From contig DAOOVW010000001.1 of the NCBI GenBank assembly GCA_035370465.1, forward strand, positions 1 to 58,241: a stretch of 58,241 nucleotides of DNA. The letters run 5' to 3'. This stretch comes from a bacterium. GTDB taxonomy: Bacteria; Ratteibacteria; UBA8468; B48-G9; JAFGKM01. The position numbers and the translations under genes are program-made. Under the pieces are notes generated by a model. The model searched no databases. It was not told the DNA's origin and saw only the letters and a program-made list of their open reading frames with translations. Shown here in pieces: positions 30,678-40,347 of this stretch (within the stretch, counting starts at the first letter, position 1; each line of letters starts with the position of its first letter).

Positions 30678-31874
30678 TTAAAAGTTCACTACATAATCAA
30701 TTTGAAGTGTATTTACATCACCTCTGCCTACATAATTACCTTCACCGACAATATATGTTATACCTGCAGTGGAGTTATCATTTATTGCATACTTAACCCC
30801 AAATTTATGCCCTTTTGAACCAGTTCCACCGCCATTGAAATCAGAATCATTTAAGAAAGCAGGAACACAATCTCTCTCAATATCTCTGTAGTTATAGTCA
30901 AATTCCCATGTTCCTTTTTTCTTCGCTTTCCCAACTGTAAACCCAATTTCATAGCCAGTGTCTTTATCAAATTCACTTTCAGTGTTTTTTACATAATCAG
31001 CATAAAGTTTTACAGGTACACCCTGAATTTCAAAGGGATAAAACTCAAAAACAACATCAATTGGTTTATATTCAGCAATATAATTTCCACCTATTATTGT
31101 ATTACCTGTACCTGCACTACCAGCACCTACAACACTTGCAGTTGTTCTTCCTTCAATTCCTTCTGTCATATAATAAGCAACTGCTATTTTAAAGTCCCTT
31201 GATGCAATTTTCCCTGAATATCCAACTTGAATACCTGTCATGTATGGGTCGCTTTCCCATCCACCATCTTCTTGTAATGGAAAAAATCCACCATTTATAA
31301 AAACACCAACAGGGAATTTTGTTTGAAAGGCAATACCTTCAGGAGTTATATCCCCATCCCATACAAGGTCTGTGTTAATAAAAGGATTTGAAAATTTTCC
31401 ACCAAAAATTGATATATATTTATTAAAGGAATATTTTATATATGCTTTGTCAAGCCAGATGTTTTTTGATGAAAAGACATCTTCTAATGTCTGATTTGTT
31501 GATTTTTGGTCTGATGAACCAGTTGCAACTCTTACTCCTATCTCTGTATTCTCATTTGGCTTTGTTTCAAATCCATATCTCAGTCGTATTCTTCCTCTAT
31601 GTCTATCAACAGGGTCTTTATCTTCCATTTCGTATCTTAATCTTGCATCTCCACTAAATTTCATTGTATCAAGCCATTTTGGAACTTCTCTTTCTTTTGC
31701 TTCTTCTTTTCTGACTTCTTCCTGTGTTTCTACAAGAATTGTCTGCGCTTCACCTGAAGTAAGGATTCCTTTTTCTACAAGTTTCTGTATAAGAAGGTCT
31801 ACATCAGAAGCAAAGGAACTAACTAAAAAAGATAGGAAGCATACTATCCCTGCAAGTAGTACTTTTCTTTTCAT
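30678..31874 (-). CDS. Outer-membrane beta-barrel porin, probably phosphate-selective (OprO/OprP-like)
   Basis: Signal peptide MKRKVLLAGIVCFLSFLVSSFA with GGAGG RBS. Alternating beta-strand pattern and C-terminal ...YVVNF (terminal Phe). Immediately upstream of pstS. An in-frame open extension runs to 32147. Confidence 0.55.
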   Translation of the reverse strand: MKRKVLLAGIVCFLSFLVSSFASDVDLLIQKLVEKGILTSGEAQTILVETQEEVRKEEAKEREVPKWLDTMKFSGDARLRYEMEDKDPVDRHRGRIRLRYGFETKPNENTEIGVRVATGSSDQKSTNQTLEDVFSSKNIWLDKAYIKYSFNKYISIFGGKFSNPFINTDLVWDGDITPEGIAFQTKFPVGVFINGGFFPLQEDGGWESDPYMTGIQVGYSGKIASRDFKIAVAYYMTEGIEGRTTASVVGAGSAGTGNTIIGGNYIAEYKPIDVVFEFYPFEIQGVPVKLYADYVKNTESEFDKDTGYEIGFTVGKAKKKGTWEFDYNYRDIERDCVPAFLNDSDFNGGGTGSKGHKFGVKYAINDNSTAGITYIVGEGNYVGRGDVNTLQIDYVVNF

Positions 31875-32131
31875 TTTTCCTCCTTTTTTTGTTGTTTTTT
31901 CTAAACTTTTATTTTTATATTCATCTTTATCTAATAAACCTTCTTCTCTTGATGCCTTTTTATTTTTTTTCACCTCCTTTTTGGCATTTTTTTCAATAGA
32001 AGAAGATTTGAAGAGTTTTAAAAGCATATTTTTTATAATTTCTGGATATGTCCCGATTTTCCTTTTTGAAAGATATGAAATTGTTAATTTCAACAAAAAA
32101 GCCAGAAGTAAAATCAAAAAAAATAGAATAA

Positions 32132-32494
32132 TTACATTTCTGCCCATTGTGGTCCTCCTTTAATCCCTATTTTCTTATCCTCTTTTTCTGTAAATAAAAC
32201 TACATCTCCTCTTTCAGTAAGTTCAACTTTTACATTTTTCCACTCAAAATCAGGAGAAAGTTCAGTTATATAAGAAATAGTTTGCCATGGGAAAATTCTT
32301 GTTTTTATTTCGCTGGAATATATTCCAAAACTATAAGTGGGTTTTTTAAAATGGAATGTTCTACATCTCATTTTTATGTATATTTGATTTTCTTCTAATA
32401 CCTCTCCAACTGCTATGTGATTTGTTGCATCCTGATATGCCTTTTTTATTCTTACTTTCCATATTTTTCTCATTTGTTTTTCCATTTTCACCAA
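32132..32494 (-). CDS. Hypothetical protein (120 aa) in the Pho operon
   Basis: ORF between the histidine kinase and the porin. No recognisable family. Confidence 0.4.
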   Translation of the reverse strand: MVKMEKQMRKIWKVRIKKAYQDATNHIAVGEVLEENQIYIKMRCRTFHFKKPTYSFGIYSSEIKTRIFPWQTISYITELSPDFEWKNVKVELTERGDVVLFTEKEDKKIGIKGGPQWAEM

Positions 32495-32562
32495 ATAATT
32501 TTAATGAGAAAAAGTTAAGAAAGAGTAAAGAAATGGTAAAAATTTGGTAAAAAATGATATAA

Positions 32563-33798
32563 CTATATAGGAAGGTTAATTATAAATTCAGTTCCAGAAC
32601 CAACCTGACTTTTAACTTCTATTTTCCCACTAAGAGAAATAACTGCATTTTTTACAATTGCCAACCCAAGACCTGTCCCACCAGTTTCTTTTGACCTTGA
32701 TTTATCAACAACATAAAATCTTTCAAAAATTCTTTCAATATCTTTTTCAGGAATTCCAATACCTGTATCTTTAATAGATATAAAAAGGTTATTTCCTAAT
32801 ACCTTACTTTTGATTGTAATTTCCCCATTGTCAGTATATTTAATAGCATTATCTATAAGATTAAATAATATACTTTCAATTAATAACCTATCTGTCATTA
32901 AACTATTTTTAATTTCCATATCTACTTTTACTTTTATTTCTTTCTCCTTTATTTTTTTTTCAAAAATCTTTACAATATCATCTGTTATCTCTTTTAAATT
33001 AACATTTTCTTTCTGAATTGCTTTTTCTTCAATATAAGAAAGACATAAAATATCATCTAATATATTTATTAATCTATCTGTGTTTTTCATTATAATTTTT
33101 ATATTCTCTTTTGTATCCCCTTCTACTTCATCATAAATTGTTTCAAGATACCCTTTAATAACTGTTAATGGTGTTTTAATTTCATGAGAAATATTTGCAA
33201 CAAGTTCTTTTTTTATATTTTTTAGTTGGTATGTCTCTGTTATATCTAAGAAATGAACAGCGACTGTGTTATCAAAAAACTTGAAAACATGACAATTAAA
33301 AATTTTATTACCAATTTCAATTTCACTTTGTCTGAATTCTTTATCATTTAATATATCTTTAATACACTCAAATAAATTATAATTATCAAAAAATTCAAGA
33401 TAATTTTTCCCAATAAATTTTTCTTCATCCCTATTTGAAAAAACAATTTTATTCTCTTTATCTATTATAAAAATAGTTGTTGGAAGAAATTTAAAAAAAG
33501 AATAAATTTTTTCTTTCATTTCTTTTATTGTTTTTTCTTTTTTCTCTATTTCTTCCATAATTTCTTCTTCTGTTTTCTGAATAAAAACTATATCTGATTC
33601 TTTTTGATAAACATCTTTTTTATACTTTCTTAGATTTTCTTTTAAATTTTTTATAGGCAGGTAATTTAAAAAAGAAATAAGAAAAATAAAAATTAAACAA
33701 ATAAATATAGGTAAAGAATAAATTTTGTTAAAAAGAATAAAAAAAATAAGTAATAATATATTTGAAATAAGTAATCGGGAAAAATAATTTTTTATCAT
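32563..33798 (-). CDS. Sensor histidine kinase, PhoR-like
   Basis: Two N-terminal TM helices without a periplasmic domain, a PAS-like segment, H-box ISHEIKTPLTVIKGY and HATPase_c (GGTGLGLAIVK). Confidence 0.8.
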   Translation of the reverse strand: MIKNYFSRLLISNILLLIFFILFNKIYSLPIFICLIFIFLISFLNYLPIKNLKENLRKYKKDVYQKESDIVFIQKTEEEIMEEIEKKEKTIKEMKEKIYSFFKFLPTTIFIIDKENKIVFSNRDEEKFIGKNYLEFFDNYNLFECIKDILNDKEFRQSEIEIGNKIFNCHVFKFFDNTVAVHFLDITETYQLKNIKKELVANISHEIKTPLTVIKGYLETIYDEVEGDTKENIKIIMKNTDRLINILDDILCLSYIEEKAIQKENVNLKEITDDIVKIFEKKIKEKEIKVKVDMEIKNSLMTDRLLIESILFNLIDNAIKYTDNGEITIKSKVLGNNLFISIKDTGIGIPEKDIERIFERFYVVDKSRSKETGGTGLGLAIVKNAVISLSGKIEVKSQVGSGTEFIINLPI

Positions 33799-34475
33799 TC
33801 TTCTATTTTATACCCAACTCCTCTTATTGTTTTTATATACTTACCATACTTGCCTAATTTTGCACGAAGATTGTTTATATGAACATCTATTGCTTTTTCT
33901 ATTGTAAATTTTTCCCCATCCCATAAAAGTTCTATTATCTTGTCTCTTGGAAAAACCCATGATTTTTTAGAAGCAAGGATTAAAAGTATTTTAAATTCAA
34001 CATAAGTTAGATTAATTCTCTTGTTATTAACTAAAACTTCAAATGTTTTTGGGTCAATAATAATTTCTTTCCCAATATATATCTTTTCAGTTGATAACTC
34101 CAACTTATATCTTCTTAAAACAGCCCTTATTCTTGCTAATAATTCTTTTAGAGAAAACGGTTTTGTTATATAATCATCTGCACCAATTTCAAGTCCTAAT
34201 ATTTTATCTCCTTCATCCGTTCTTGCAGTGAGCATTATGACAGGAATTTTTTCTGTTTTTGGATTTGTTTTTATGTTCTTACATACATCAATACCATCCA
34301 TATCAGGCAGCATAAGGTCAAGAAGAACAAGGTCAAACTTCTCTTTCTCTATATTTTTTAAAAAATCATTTGCGTTTGTATAAGGAAAAGGTAAAAAATT
34401 ATTTTTTTCTAAATACTTTTTCATAAGATTTAAAATATCAATTTCATCTTCAACTATTGCTATTCTTTCATTCAT
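33795..34475 (-). CDS. OmpR/PhoB family response regulator
   Basis: Receiver domain (LLDLMLPDMDG) and winged-helix C-terminus (RGVGYKI). 4-nt overlap with the kinase gene. Confidence 0.85.
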   Translation of the reverse strand: MNERIAIVEDEIDILNLMKKYLEKNNFLPFPYTNANDFLKNIEKEKFDLVLLDLMLPDMDGIDVCKNIKTNPKTEKIPVIMLTARTDEGDKILGLEIGADDYITKPFSLKELLARIRAVLRRYKLELSTEKIYIGKEIIIDPKTFEVLVNNKRINLTYVEFKILLILASKKSWVFPRDKIIELLWDGEKFTIEKAIDVHINNLRAKLGKYGKYIKTIRGVGYKIEE

Positions 34476-34624
34476 ATTTGTTTTCTCTATATCAGTTTTC
34501 TAATTCCTATATTTTGGTTTATATCTTTATAGTACAGTTTGAAAAGTTATCCCTTTTATTTATTATCTTATAATATAAATTATAAAACATCTAATTTTCT
34601 TAATTGTTTATTCATAAAACCTTA

Positions 34625-34653
34625 TTGTCAACTTTATTGTTCTATTATATAAT
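34625..34653 (+). promoter_or_regulatory. Sigma70-like promoter, TTGTCA-17-TATAAT, upstream of the dapL-like gene
   Basis: The -35-like TTGTCA and a perfect TATAAT are 17 nt apart, about 30 nt upstream of the RBS. Confidence 0.45.
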
Positions 34654-34683
34654 AATGTTAATAATAATTGAAGGAGGTATTTA

Positions 34684-35841
34684 ATGTTTGATATAAGCGA
34701 AAGAATGAAGAAAATACCACCATACCTTTTTGTAGAAATTGATAAAAAGAAAAAAAAACTAATAAAAGATGGATATGATTTAATTGACTTCGGAATTGGA
34801 GACCCTGATATACCTACTCCATCCAATATTGTTAGTGCTATGGCGGAATATATTAAAAAACCCGAATTTCATAGATATCCATTAGGAAGGGGAAATATTA
34901 ATTTTAGAAAAAGTATATCATCTTTTTATCAAGAAAATTATGATGTCCAATTAGACCCTGAAGAAGAAATATGTGTTTTAATTGGCTCAAAAGAGGGAAT
35001 TGCTCATTTTCCACTTTGTTTTATAAATCCAGATGACTATTCTCTTATACCTGAACCTGGATATCCTGTTTATAAAATTGGAACAATTTTAGCAGATGGG
35101 AATTGTTATTTTCTACCATTAAAAGAAGAAAATAATTTTCTTCCTGACTTCTCAAAAATACCTGCTAATATTTTAAAAAAAGCAAAAATACTCTATCTAA
35201 ATTATCCAAATAATCCTACTTCTGAGTTTGCATCAGCAGAATTTTTAAAAGAAGCAATTAACTTTTGTAAAAAATATAATTTAATCCTTGTTTATGATGC
35301 TGCATATAGTGAAATTTATTATGATGAAAGACCTGTTAGTTTCCTTTCCCTTCCAGGGGCAAAAGATGTTGGAATAGAGTTTAATTCATTATCAAAAACA
35401 TTTAATATGACTGGATGGAGAATTGGATGGGCATGCGGGAATAAAGAACTTATTTCAGCACTTAGTAAAGTAAAAGAAAATATTGATTCAGGTGTTTTTG
35501 AAGCAATTCAATTTGCAGGAATAGAAGCACTAACAAATAGCAAAGAGACACCTTTGAAGATGCGAGATATTTATAAAAAAAGGATGAATTTATTTGTCAA
35601 TGGTTTAAAAGAAGTTGGTTTTGATGTTAAATTTCCAAAAGGAACTTTTTATCTCTGGCTGAAAGTAAATAAAAGTTCAGTTGAATTTGTTGACGAACTT
35701 CTTGAAAATGGTAAAATAATTGCAACTCCTGGAATTGGTTTTGGACCAAGTGGGGAGAACTTTGTGAGATTTTCTCTTACAATTCAGGAAAACAAAATAA
35801 TAGAAGCAATTGAAAGGATTAAAAAAATATGGGAAAAGTAG
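34684..35841 (+). CDS. Class I/II aminotransferase, probable LL-diaminopimelate aminotransferase
   Basis: IPPYLFVEID...DLIDFGIGDPDIPTP N-terminal pattern of the DapL-type family and a plausible PLP Lys region (SLSKTFNMTGWRIGW). Confidence 0.6.
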   Translation: MFDISERMKKIPPYLFVEIDKKKKKLIKDGYDLIDFGIGDPDIPTPSNIVSAMAEYIKKPEFHRYPLGRGNINFRKSISSFYQENYDVQLDPEEEICVLIGSKEGIAHFPLCFINPDDYSLIPEPGYPVYKIGTILADGNCYFLPLKEENNFLPDFSKIPANILKKAKILYLNYPNNPTSEFASAEFLKEAINFCKKYNLILVYDAAYSEIYYDERPVSFLSLPGAKDVGIEFNSLSKTFNMTGWRIGWACGNKELISALSKVKENIDSGVFEAIQFAGIEALTNSKETPLKMRDIYKKRMNLFVNGLKEVGFDVKFPKGTFYLWLKVNKSSVEFVDELLENGKIIATPGIGFGPSGENFVRFSLTIQENKIIEAIERIKKIWEK

Positions 35842-36281
35842 CAATAGTTGTAGGAAGCAAAAATGATTTAGAGTTAATTGAAGGAGCAAAAGAAATTCTT
35901 AAAAATTTTGAAGTTGAATTTGATGTTTTTGTTCTTTCTGCTCATAGAACCCTTGATGATACAATTTCTTTTGCTGAAAATGCAGAAAAGAAAGGATATG
36001 AAGTAATTATTGCTGCTGCTGGAATGTCAGCACATTTACCTGGAATAATTTCTGCAAAAACAATTCTGCCGGTAATTGGTGTCCCTCTTCCAACAAGTGA
36101 AATTAAAGGAATGGATGCTTTACTTTCAATTGTTCAGATGCCAACAGGAGTTCCAGTTGCGACAATGTCCATAGGAAAAGCAGGAGTTAAAAATGCCGCT
36201 TTATTTTCAATTGAAATACTTGCAAGAAATGACGAAAAGTTAAAAGAAAAGTTAATTGAATATAAGAAAAACCTAAAATAA
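35829..36281 (+). CDS. purE: N5-carboxyaminoimidazole ribonucleotide mutase
   Basis: VAIVVGSKNDL...SAHRT...AAAGMSAHLPG motifs. Confidence 0.85.
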   Translation: MGKVAIVVGSKNDLELIEGAKEILKNFEVEFDVFVLSAHRTLDDTISFAENAEKKGYEVIIAAAGMSAHLPGIISAKTILPVIGVPLPTSEIKGMDALLSIVQMPTGVPVATMSIGKAGVKNAALFSIEILARNDEKLKEKLIEYKKNLK

Positions 36282-36369
36282 AGAACTTATAAATATTAGT
36301 AAATACTCAGTTTAGATGATATATGATACAATCTATTACAAAAGAACAAAACCAAAAAAGGAGGATAAA

Positions 36370-37344
36370 ATGGCTGTGAGTTATAAGGAACTTGGACTTG
36401 TTAATACACAAGAACTTTTTAAAAAAGCATTGGCAGGTGGTTATGCAGTTCCTGCCTATAATTTTAACAATATGGAACAACTACAGGCAATAATTACTGC
36501 ATGTGCAGAATGTAATTCACCTGTGATACTTCAAATATCTAAAGGTGCCCGGCAGTACGCAAATCAGACACTATTAAGGTATATGGTGCCAGGAGCAGTT
36601 GCTATGGCAAGAGAAATGGGCAGTAATATCCCCATTGCATTAAATCTTGACCACGGCGACTCTTTTGAACTCTGTAAAAGTTGTATTGACTATGGTTTTT
36701 CCAATGTAATGATAGACGGTTCTGCACTTCCCTATGAAGAAAATGTGTCTATTACTAAAAAGGTAGTTGAATATGCACATGAAAGAGATGTAACCGTTGA
36801 AGGTGAACTTGGTGTTCTTGCCGGTATAGAAGAGCATGTTTCTTCTGAAGTCAGTCACTATACAAATCCTAAGGATGTTGAGGATTTCGTAAAAAGAACA
36901 GGGGTAGATAGTTTAGCAATATCCATTGGGACTTCACATGGTGCTTATAAATTCAAGGTGAAGCCAGGCGAACCTCTGCCACCTTTAAGATTTGATATAC
37001 TTGAAGAATGTGCAAAGAGACTTCCATCATTCCCTATTGTTCTTCATGGTGCTTCTTCTGTACTTAAAGAATATGTTGATATTATCAACAGGTATGGTGG
37101 AAAACTTGAAAATACTGCTGGTGTTCCTGAAGACCAGATAAGGAAAGCAGTTACAATGAATGTTTGCAAAGTAAATATTGACTCTGACGGTCGCCTTGTA
37201 ATGACAGCAATGATAAGAAAATATCTTGCTGAACATCCAGAGGAATTTGACCCCAGAAAATATCTCGGTCCTGCAAGGGAAGAATTGAAAAAGATGTATA
37301 TTGCAAAATGTAACCTTCTTGGCAGTGCTGGTAAAGGACAATAA
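36370..37344 (+). CDS. fba: Class II fructose-bisphosphate aldolase
   Basis: GYAVPAYNFNNMEQ...LDHGDS...SIGTSHGAYKF motifs. AAAGGAGG RBS before the ATG at 36370. Confidence 0.85.
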   Translation: MAVSYKELGLVNTQELFKKALAGGYAVPAYNFNNMEQLQAIITACAECNSPVILQISKGARQYANQTLLRYMVPGAVAMAREMGSNIPIALNLDHGDSFELCKSCIDYGFSNVMIDGSALPYEENVSITKKVVEYAHERDVTVEGELGVLAGIEEHVSSEVSHYTNPKDVEDFVKRTGVDSLAISIGTSHGAYKFKVKPGEPLPPLRFDILEECAKRLPSFPIVLHGASSVLKEYVDIINRYGGKLENTAGVPEDQIRKAVTMNVCKVNIDSDGRLVMTAMIRKYLAEHPEEFDPRKYLGPAREELKKMYIAKCNLLGSAGKGQ

Positions 37345-37388
37345 TAAGTTAAAAAGCAATACTTATAAACCAACAATTGTAAATTAAA

Positions 37389-38354
37389 ATGAAAAAAATT
37401 GCTGTTGTTACTACTGGTGGAGATGCACCAGGTATGAACCCTGCTATAAGGTCAGTCGTCAGAACTGCTCTTTATAAAAACATCTCTATTTCGGGGATAA
37501 GAAGGGGATTTTTGGGCCTATATGAAGGTGATTTTATACCTTTAAGTTCAAGAGATGTCGGTAATATTATAAATAGAGGCGGAACAATCCTCAAAACAGC
37601 GAGATTCCCTGAATTTAAAGACCATAATATAAGAAAAAAGTGCCTTGAAAAATTAAAAAAAGAAAAAATTGATGGGATTGTAATAATAGGTGGAGATGGT
37701 TCTGCAAATGCGGCATACTCAATTTATAATGAATTCTCATATCCTGTTGTTCATATTCCTGCTTCAATAGATAATGACCTTTATGGAACTGATTGGACAA
37801 TTGGATTTGACACTGCTGTTAACACTGCGGTAGAAGCAATTGATAAAATAAGGGACACTGCTACAAGTCATGAAAGGACATTTATAGTTGAAGTAATGGG
37901 AAGAGAAAAAGGTAACCTTGCTGTTGAAGTTGCAGTCGCCTGTGGTGCTGAAAATGTAATAATACCAGAAATTGAATTTAATTTAGACCAACTTGTTTCT
38001 TCTCTAAAACAGCAACAGGAAAAAGGGAAAAATAGTGCTTTAATAATTCTTGCAGAAGGGGCGGGAAAAGCAGAGGAATTAGCAAAGCAACTGACAGAAA
38101 AATTACCTGATAGAGAAATAAGATATTCTGTTTTAGGATATATTCAAAGAGGCGGAAGTCCGACATATTTAACAAGAACACTTGCAACCGTTTTTGGATG
38201 GTATGCAGTAAAATTTTTAATTGATGGTGACTATGGATATATGGTAGGCATTGTAGGAAATAAAATTGAGAAAGTCCCTCTTGAGAAAGTTGTTTCTAAT
38301 AGAAAATTACCTGATATGGAAAAACTTGAGACAATTAAATATATGGCAATTTAA
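37389..38354 (+). CDS. pfkA: ATP-dependent 6-phosphofructokinase
   Basis: KKIAVVTTGGDAPGMNPAIR...GGDGS...MGR motifs. Confidence 0.9.
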   Translation: MKKIAVVTTGGDAPGMNPAIRSVVRTALYKNISISGIRRGFLGLYEGDFIPLSSRDVGNIINRGGTILKTARFPEFKDHNIRKKCLEKLKKEKIDGIVIIGGDGSANAAYSIYNEFSYPVVHIPASIDNDLYGTDWTIGFDTAVNTAVEAIDKIRDTATSHERTFIVEVMGREKGNLAVEVAVACGAENVIIPEIEFNLDQLVSSLKQQQEKGKNSALIILAEGAGKAEELAKQLTEKLPDREIRYSVLGYIQRGGSPTYLTRTLATVFGWYAVKFLIDGDYGYMVGIVGNKIEKVPLEKVVSNRKLPDMEKLETIKYMAI

Positions 38355-38446
38355 TTTGAAAATACCCAGTTCTGTTGGAACTGAAAAGTAGCGAGTAGAG
38401 AGTAGCAAGTATAAATGGAAAAGTAATAAAAATTATAGAAAAAAAA

Positions 38447-38638
38447 ATGTCCAAAGAATTCTGTAGGGAAGAAAAAAAGAAAATAAAAGAATTATTCAAA
38501 GCAAAAAAATTATTTCATAAGGAAATGGCGAAAATTCCTTTTGAAGAAAAAATTAAAATAGTTGTTAGATTACAAAATATAGTTAATGAATTGAAAACAA
38601 ATAAAGGAAGAAGAAAAAAAAGAGTATGGAAAATTTAA
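38447..38638 (+). CDS. Small Lys-rich hypothetical protein (63 aa)
   Basis: ORF in the 300-nt pfkA-ilvD spacer. No clear RBS. May be non-coding. Confidence 0.25.
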   Translation: MSKEFCREEKKKIKELFKAKKLFHKEMAKIPFEEKIKIVVRLQNIVNELKTNKGRRKKRVWKI

Positions 38639-38654
38639 TTTTAAGGAGAAGGAA

Positions 38655-40304
38655 ATGAGAAGCGATAATATTAAAAAGGGCATAGAAAAAACACCTCATA
38701 GAAGTTTATTAAAAGCAGATGGTTTTACAGATGAAGAGATAAAAAAACCTATTATTGGTATTGCAAATTCCGCTAATGAAATTATACCTGGTCATATTCA
38801 CCTCAACAAAATTGCTGAAAGTGTAAAAACAGGTATCGTGTCTGCGGGAGGCACCCCTGTTGAATTTGGTGTTATAGGTGTCTGTGATGGGATTGCTATG
38901 GGACACCTTGGAATGAAATATAGTTTGGTTTCAAGAGAAGTAATTGCAGATAGTGTAGAAATTATGGCACAAGCACACCAATTTGATGGAATAGTTTTAG
39001 TTGCAAGTTGCGATAAAATTGTGCCAGGAATGCTTATGGCTCTTTTACGACTCAATATTCCAGGTATTTTGATAACTGGTGGTCCTATGTTGTGTGGATA
39101 TTTACCAACTGGCGAAACAATAGATTTTATCTCTGTTTCTGAAGGAGTTGGAAAATTTTTAAAAGGTGAAATTGATGAAAAGCAATTAAAAATATTAGAA
39201 GATGAAGGTTGTCCAGGAGCAGGCAGTTGTGCAGGAATGTTTACTGCAAATTCCATGGGATGTTTATCAGAAGGACTTGGACTTTCACTCCCTGGAAATG
39301 GAACAATTCCTGCTGTTAGTTCAAAAAGAATTCGTTTGGCAAAATATGCTGGAATAAGAGCAGTTGAACTTGTTAAAAAAGATATTAAACCATCAGATAT
39401 TATTTCAATTGAAAGTTTTAAAAATGCAATAACTCTTGATATGGCAATTGGTGCTTCAACAAATACTGTTTTACATCTTCCAGCAATTGCAAATGAAATA
39501 GGTATTAAACTTAACCTTGAAATTTTTGATGAAATAAGTAAAAAGACACCAAATATATGTAAATTATCTCCTGCTTCATCCCAACACATACAGGACCTTG
39601 ATAGAGCAGGGGGGATACCAGCAGTTATGAAGGAATTATCAAAAAATGGACTTATTGAAAAAAATTGTTTAACTGTTTCTGGAAAAACCATAGGGGAAAT
39701 AATTGAAAAAGCAAATGTTTGGGATAGAAATGTTATAAGAGACATAAATAATCCATATTTACAAGAAGGTGGAATTGCTATTTTAAAAGGAACACTTGCA
39801 CCTGATGGAGCAGTAATAAAACAATCAGCAGTTAAAGAAAATTTATTAAAATTTAAAGGGAATGCAATTGTTTTTGATTCAGAAGAAGAAGCAATGAAAA
39901 GTTTAGTTGAAGGGAAAATTAAAGAAGGAGTTGTAATAATAAGGTATGAAGGACCAAAAGGTGGACCGGGAATGAGAGAAATGCTTTCAATGACTGCTGT
40001 TATTGCAGGAAAAGGGATTGATGAGAAAATTGCCTTAATAACAGATGGCAGATTTTCAGGAGGAACAAGAGGACTTTGTATAGGACATGTAAGCCCTGAA
40101 GCAGAAGAGGATGGTCCTATTGGATATGTTGAAAATGGAGATATAATTGAGATAGATGTTCCAAAAAGAAGATTGGATATAATGGTAAAACCAGAAGAGT
40201 TAAAAAATAGAAAAAGGAAGAAAAAAGAGAAAAAATTAAAAGGAATTTTAGCAAGATATTCAAAGCAGGTAAGGTCAGCAAATACAGGAGCGATATTAGA
40301 ATAA
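38655..40304 (+). CDS. ilvD: Dihydroxy-acid dehydratase
   Basis: [16 protein letters not shown] and [10 protein letters not shown] motifs. AAGGAGAAGG RBS. Confidence 0.9.
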   Translation: MRSDNIKKGIEKTPHRSLLKADGFTDEEIKKPIIGIANSANEIIPGHIHLNKIAESVKTGIVSAGGTPVEFGVIGVCDGIAMGHLGMKYSLVSREVIADSVEIMAQAHQFDGIVLVASCDKIVPGMLMALLRLNIPGILITGGPMLCGYLPTGETIDFISVSEGVGKFLKGEIDEKQLKILEDEGCPGAGSCAGMFTANSMGCLSEGLGLSLPGNGTIPAVSSKRIRLAKYAGIRAVELVKKDIKPSDIISIESFKNAITLDMAIGASTNTVLHLPAIANEIGIKLNLEIFDEISKKTPNICKLSPASSQHIQDLDRAGGIPAVMKELSKNGLIEKNCLTVSGKTIGEIIEKANVWDRNVIRDINNPYLQEGGIAILKGTLAPDGAVIKQSAVKENLLKFKGNAIVFDSEEEAMKSLVEGKIKEGVVIIRYEGPKGGPGMREMLSMTAVIAGKGIDEKIALITDGRFSGGTRGLCIGHVSPEAEEDGPIGYVENGDIIEIDVPKRRLDIMVKPEELKNRKRKKKEKKLKGILARYSKQVRSANTGAILE

Positions 40305-40347
40305 AAACAAATTCTCATTAAAAATCAATTAAAACAAAGGAGGAAAA

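Noticed and set aside
30335-30796. 153-aa + strand ORF overlapping pstS
   Set aside because: Antisense to a well-supported pstS. No RBS, odd composition.
38798-40318. 506-aa ORF on the minus strand fully antisense to ilvD
   Set aside because: ilvD on the + strand has unmistakable dehydratase motifs. The antisense product is low-complexity (S/P/I-rich) with no RBS or homology. It is a typical shadow ORF of a purine-rich coding strand.
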